Source: Squalus acanthias
Lineage: Eukaryota
Assembly (NCBI GenBank): GCA_030390025.1
Contig: CM059432.1
Coordinates: forward strand, 93,684,001 to 93,748,000
Direction: 5' to 3'
Length of the DNA: 64,000 bases
The notes beneath the pieces are model-generated. The model searched no databases. It saw only the letters and a list, made by a program, of their open reading frames with translations, and had not been told where the DNA came from. The position numbers were made by a program, and so were the translations under genes. Each line of letters begins with the position of its first letter. Position 1 is the first letter of the stretch. Shown one piece after another: positions 62,281 to 64,000 of the stretch.

Positions 62281-63890
62281 ATTAATTCATAAAAGGCAAA
62301 ATACAAGTTCCAAAAACGAAAAAAAAACCATCAGTGGCAAATGTTATTCTAAAATGTTTACATTTTAATTAGAAAAAGTCTTTTTTCAGACAAAAGTAAA
62401 TTTTCTGATAAAGATTTAGTCTAACAGTGATCAAACCAATTATAAAAGAGAATAAAATACGTTCAAATAATCCAATTCAAATTTATACGTATTGTGTCGA
62501 TCACCAAACGTTCATACCAAAACAATGACAACTAATTTGAGTGTAAGCGGGGCTTACATAACATCACCACAGGCTTGACACATGAACACAGAGCACTGGC
62601 ATAGACTAGGGTGAAAACACTTTGATATATGTGTCCGATTACATGTATGAAAATTTTAATCATATTTTCTAAACTTTGAGCTGGGCAAGACAACTTAATC
62701 TGAATTCAAAACTAACAGTAAATTTTACAATTATTCAGTTTTTAATTCAAAATATTTACAGGCAAGTATCCATCTAAAATTTTACCATAAGAATTATCAG
62801 ATAGCTGCTTTAAGGAGAGTTTTTTTTTATATAAGTGCAGACAAAGTGTTAAGAGCAGCAGATCATTGGAATGCATTGCTCCATTGTTAAGTTGCAAGGG
62901 GTCCAGATTTTGTTCCAAAGCTCTTTTAGGGATATGGCAAGTATTTTTTTTGAGTCAGGAGCCTTGCTGTCGTCAGGTTCTGCTGCTATTTATCCAAATC
63001 CACAACTCAAGCTTTAATTTAACAAAGATACTGTATGCAAATCTATCTAATTACATCATATTCTCTGTTAAAAGCACTAAACATTAATTGATACTCATCT
63101 TCTGTTACCATTATAGAATGAATATGTGGTAGAAAGGAGTCTGCGCATACGTTACAAAGTATGCCTTCTGCACCATTAGCTGGTATAAAGTAAGACCAAC
63201 ATGTGATATAGGCTATACAAAAGTTGTCTTTGCTTCCCTTAAAGAAACTTAGATAAAAGGAACAGTGGTACAAAAAACAAACACCAACAGTAATTGTTTT
63301 CTTTTTAAGAATGCTTAAAAATCAGGCATAAAAATTGCTCCAACTAAATTAGCAACATTTCTGTGGGCAGGTGTCCATTCAAAAGAATAGATATCAAAAA
63401 TACTCAAATGCTTATTAAATCCTATTCCTAAAGGCTTTTAATGCAAGTGGCTCATTTGCTACCACAGAATATAGTCAAAGAGACTGCAGTGGCAGGCCAA
63501 GACATTAAAAGCAACTTTATTTTTAAATAAACTTTAAAAAGCTGTAACACACCACTCAAAGTATGCCACAAATACATTATTGCACCATACAGGGATTAAA
63601 GCATTAATAACACTTGAAATGTTCAATTACATAATTTATCCTGTTGTCCCAAGTGGCCAACCCTACTATTAAATCCTTATACAGTGCAACAATTTACCCT
63701 AAATATATTAGATTATATACACTGAGACAGAGAAAAAAATAGGATTCTTCATACAAATTGTAAAAAGGAACAGAATTTAAAGACAAAATATATAAGGGTA
63801 ACATTTATTAATGCAGTCATCTATATTAGACAGAAGTCCTTTACAAAAACAAAAGGGAAAATGGGAAACTAGCATTAAATTAATTCTGCC

Positions 63891-64000
63891 TCAACTACAG
63901 GTTATACTTTCCAGGTTTTGCTCTGTTTCAGCTGCCATTGCTGCAGCTTGCAACTGCTCTGTCTCACTAGCAATCACACTTGTAGACACTTGTTTGCGTT
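63891..64000 (-). CDS. Probable C-terminal coding exon of an unidentified host gene, running off the window
   Basis: RKQVSTSVIASETEQLQAAAMAAETEQNLESITCS* followed by ~1.6 kb of repeat-free AT-rich 3'UTR-like sequence with AATAAA (minus strand, ~63516-63521). Confidence 0.5.
   Translation of the reverse strand, partial: RKQVSTSVIASETEQLQAAAMAAETEQNLESITCS

Overview
Vertebrate, non-microbial DNA, most likely from a cartilaginous fish (inferred from HER1/CR1-type LINEs with (A/T)TTCTATG tails and the accompanying SINE and Harbinger families). Most of the first ~52 kb is nested transposons: about 12 CR1-clade LINE copies, a ~12.5 kb Tx1 LINE split by four younger insertions, at least six PIF/Harbinger elements or remnants (DDE transposase plus intron-containing Myb/SANT gene) and several Harbinger MITEs. 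L2, Penelope, tRNA-SINE and LF-SINE-like copies also occur. The most interesting unexplained signals are: (1) a ~742-bp Harbinger-TIR element present twice, with covarying hairpins, a possible pseudoknot and clustered GTAAGT donor sites; (2) minus-strand, splice-site-bounded, protein-like exons from ~57.5 kb to ~3.6 kb, most carrying in-frame stops, suggesting an unrecognised unprocessed pseudogene; (3) two related MITEs inserted in opposite orientation 42 bp apart. The window ends in the probable last coding exon and 3' UTR of an unidentified minus-strand gene. No CRISPR, rRNA or genuine tRNA genes were seen. All family assignments come from motif recognition by eye; no database search was run.
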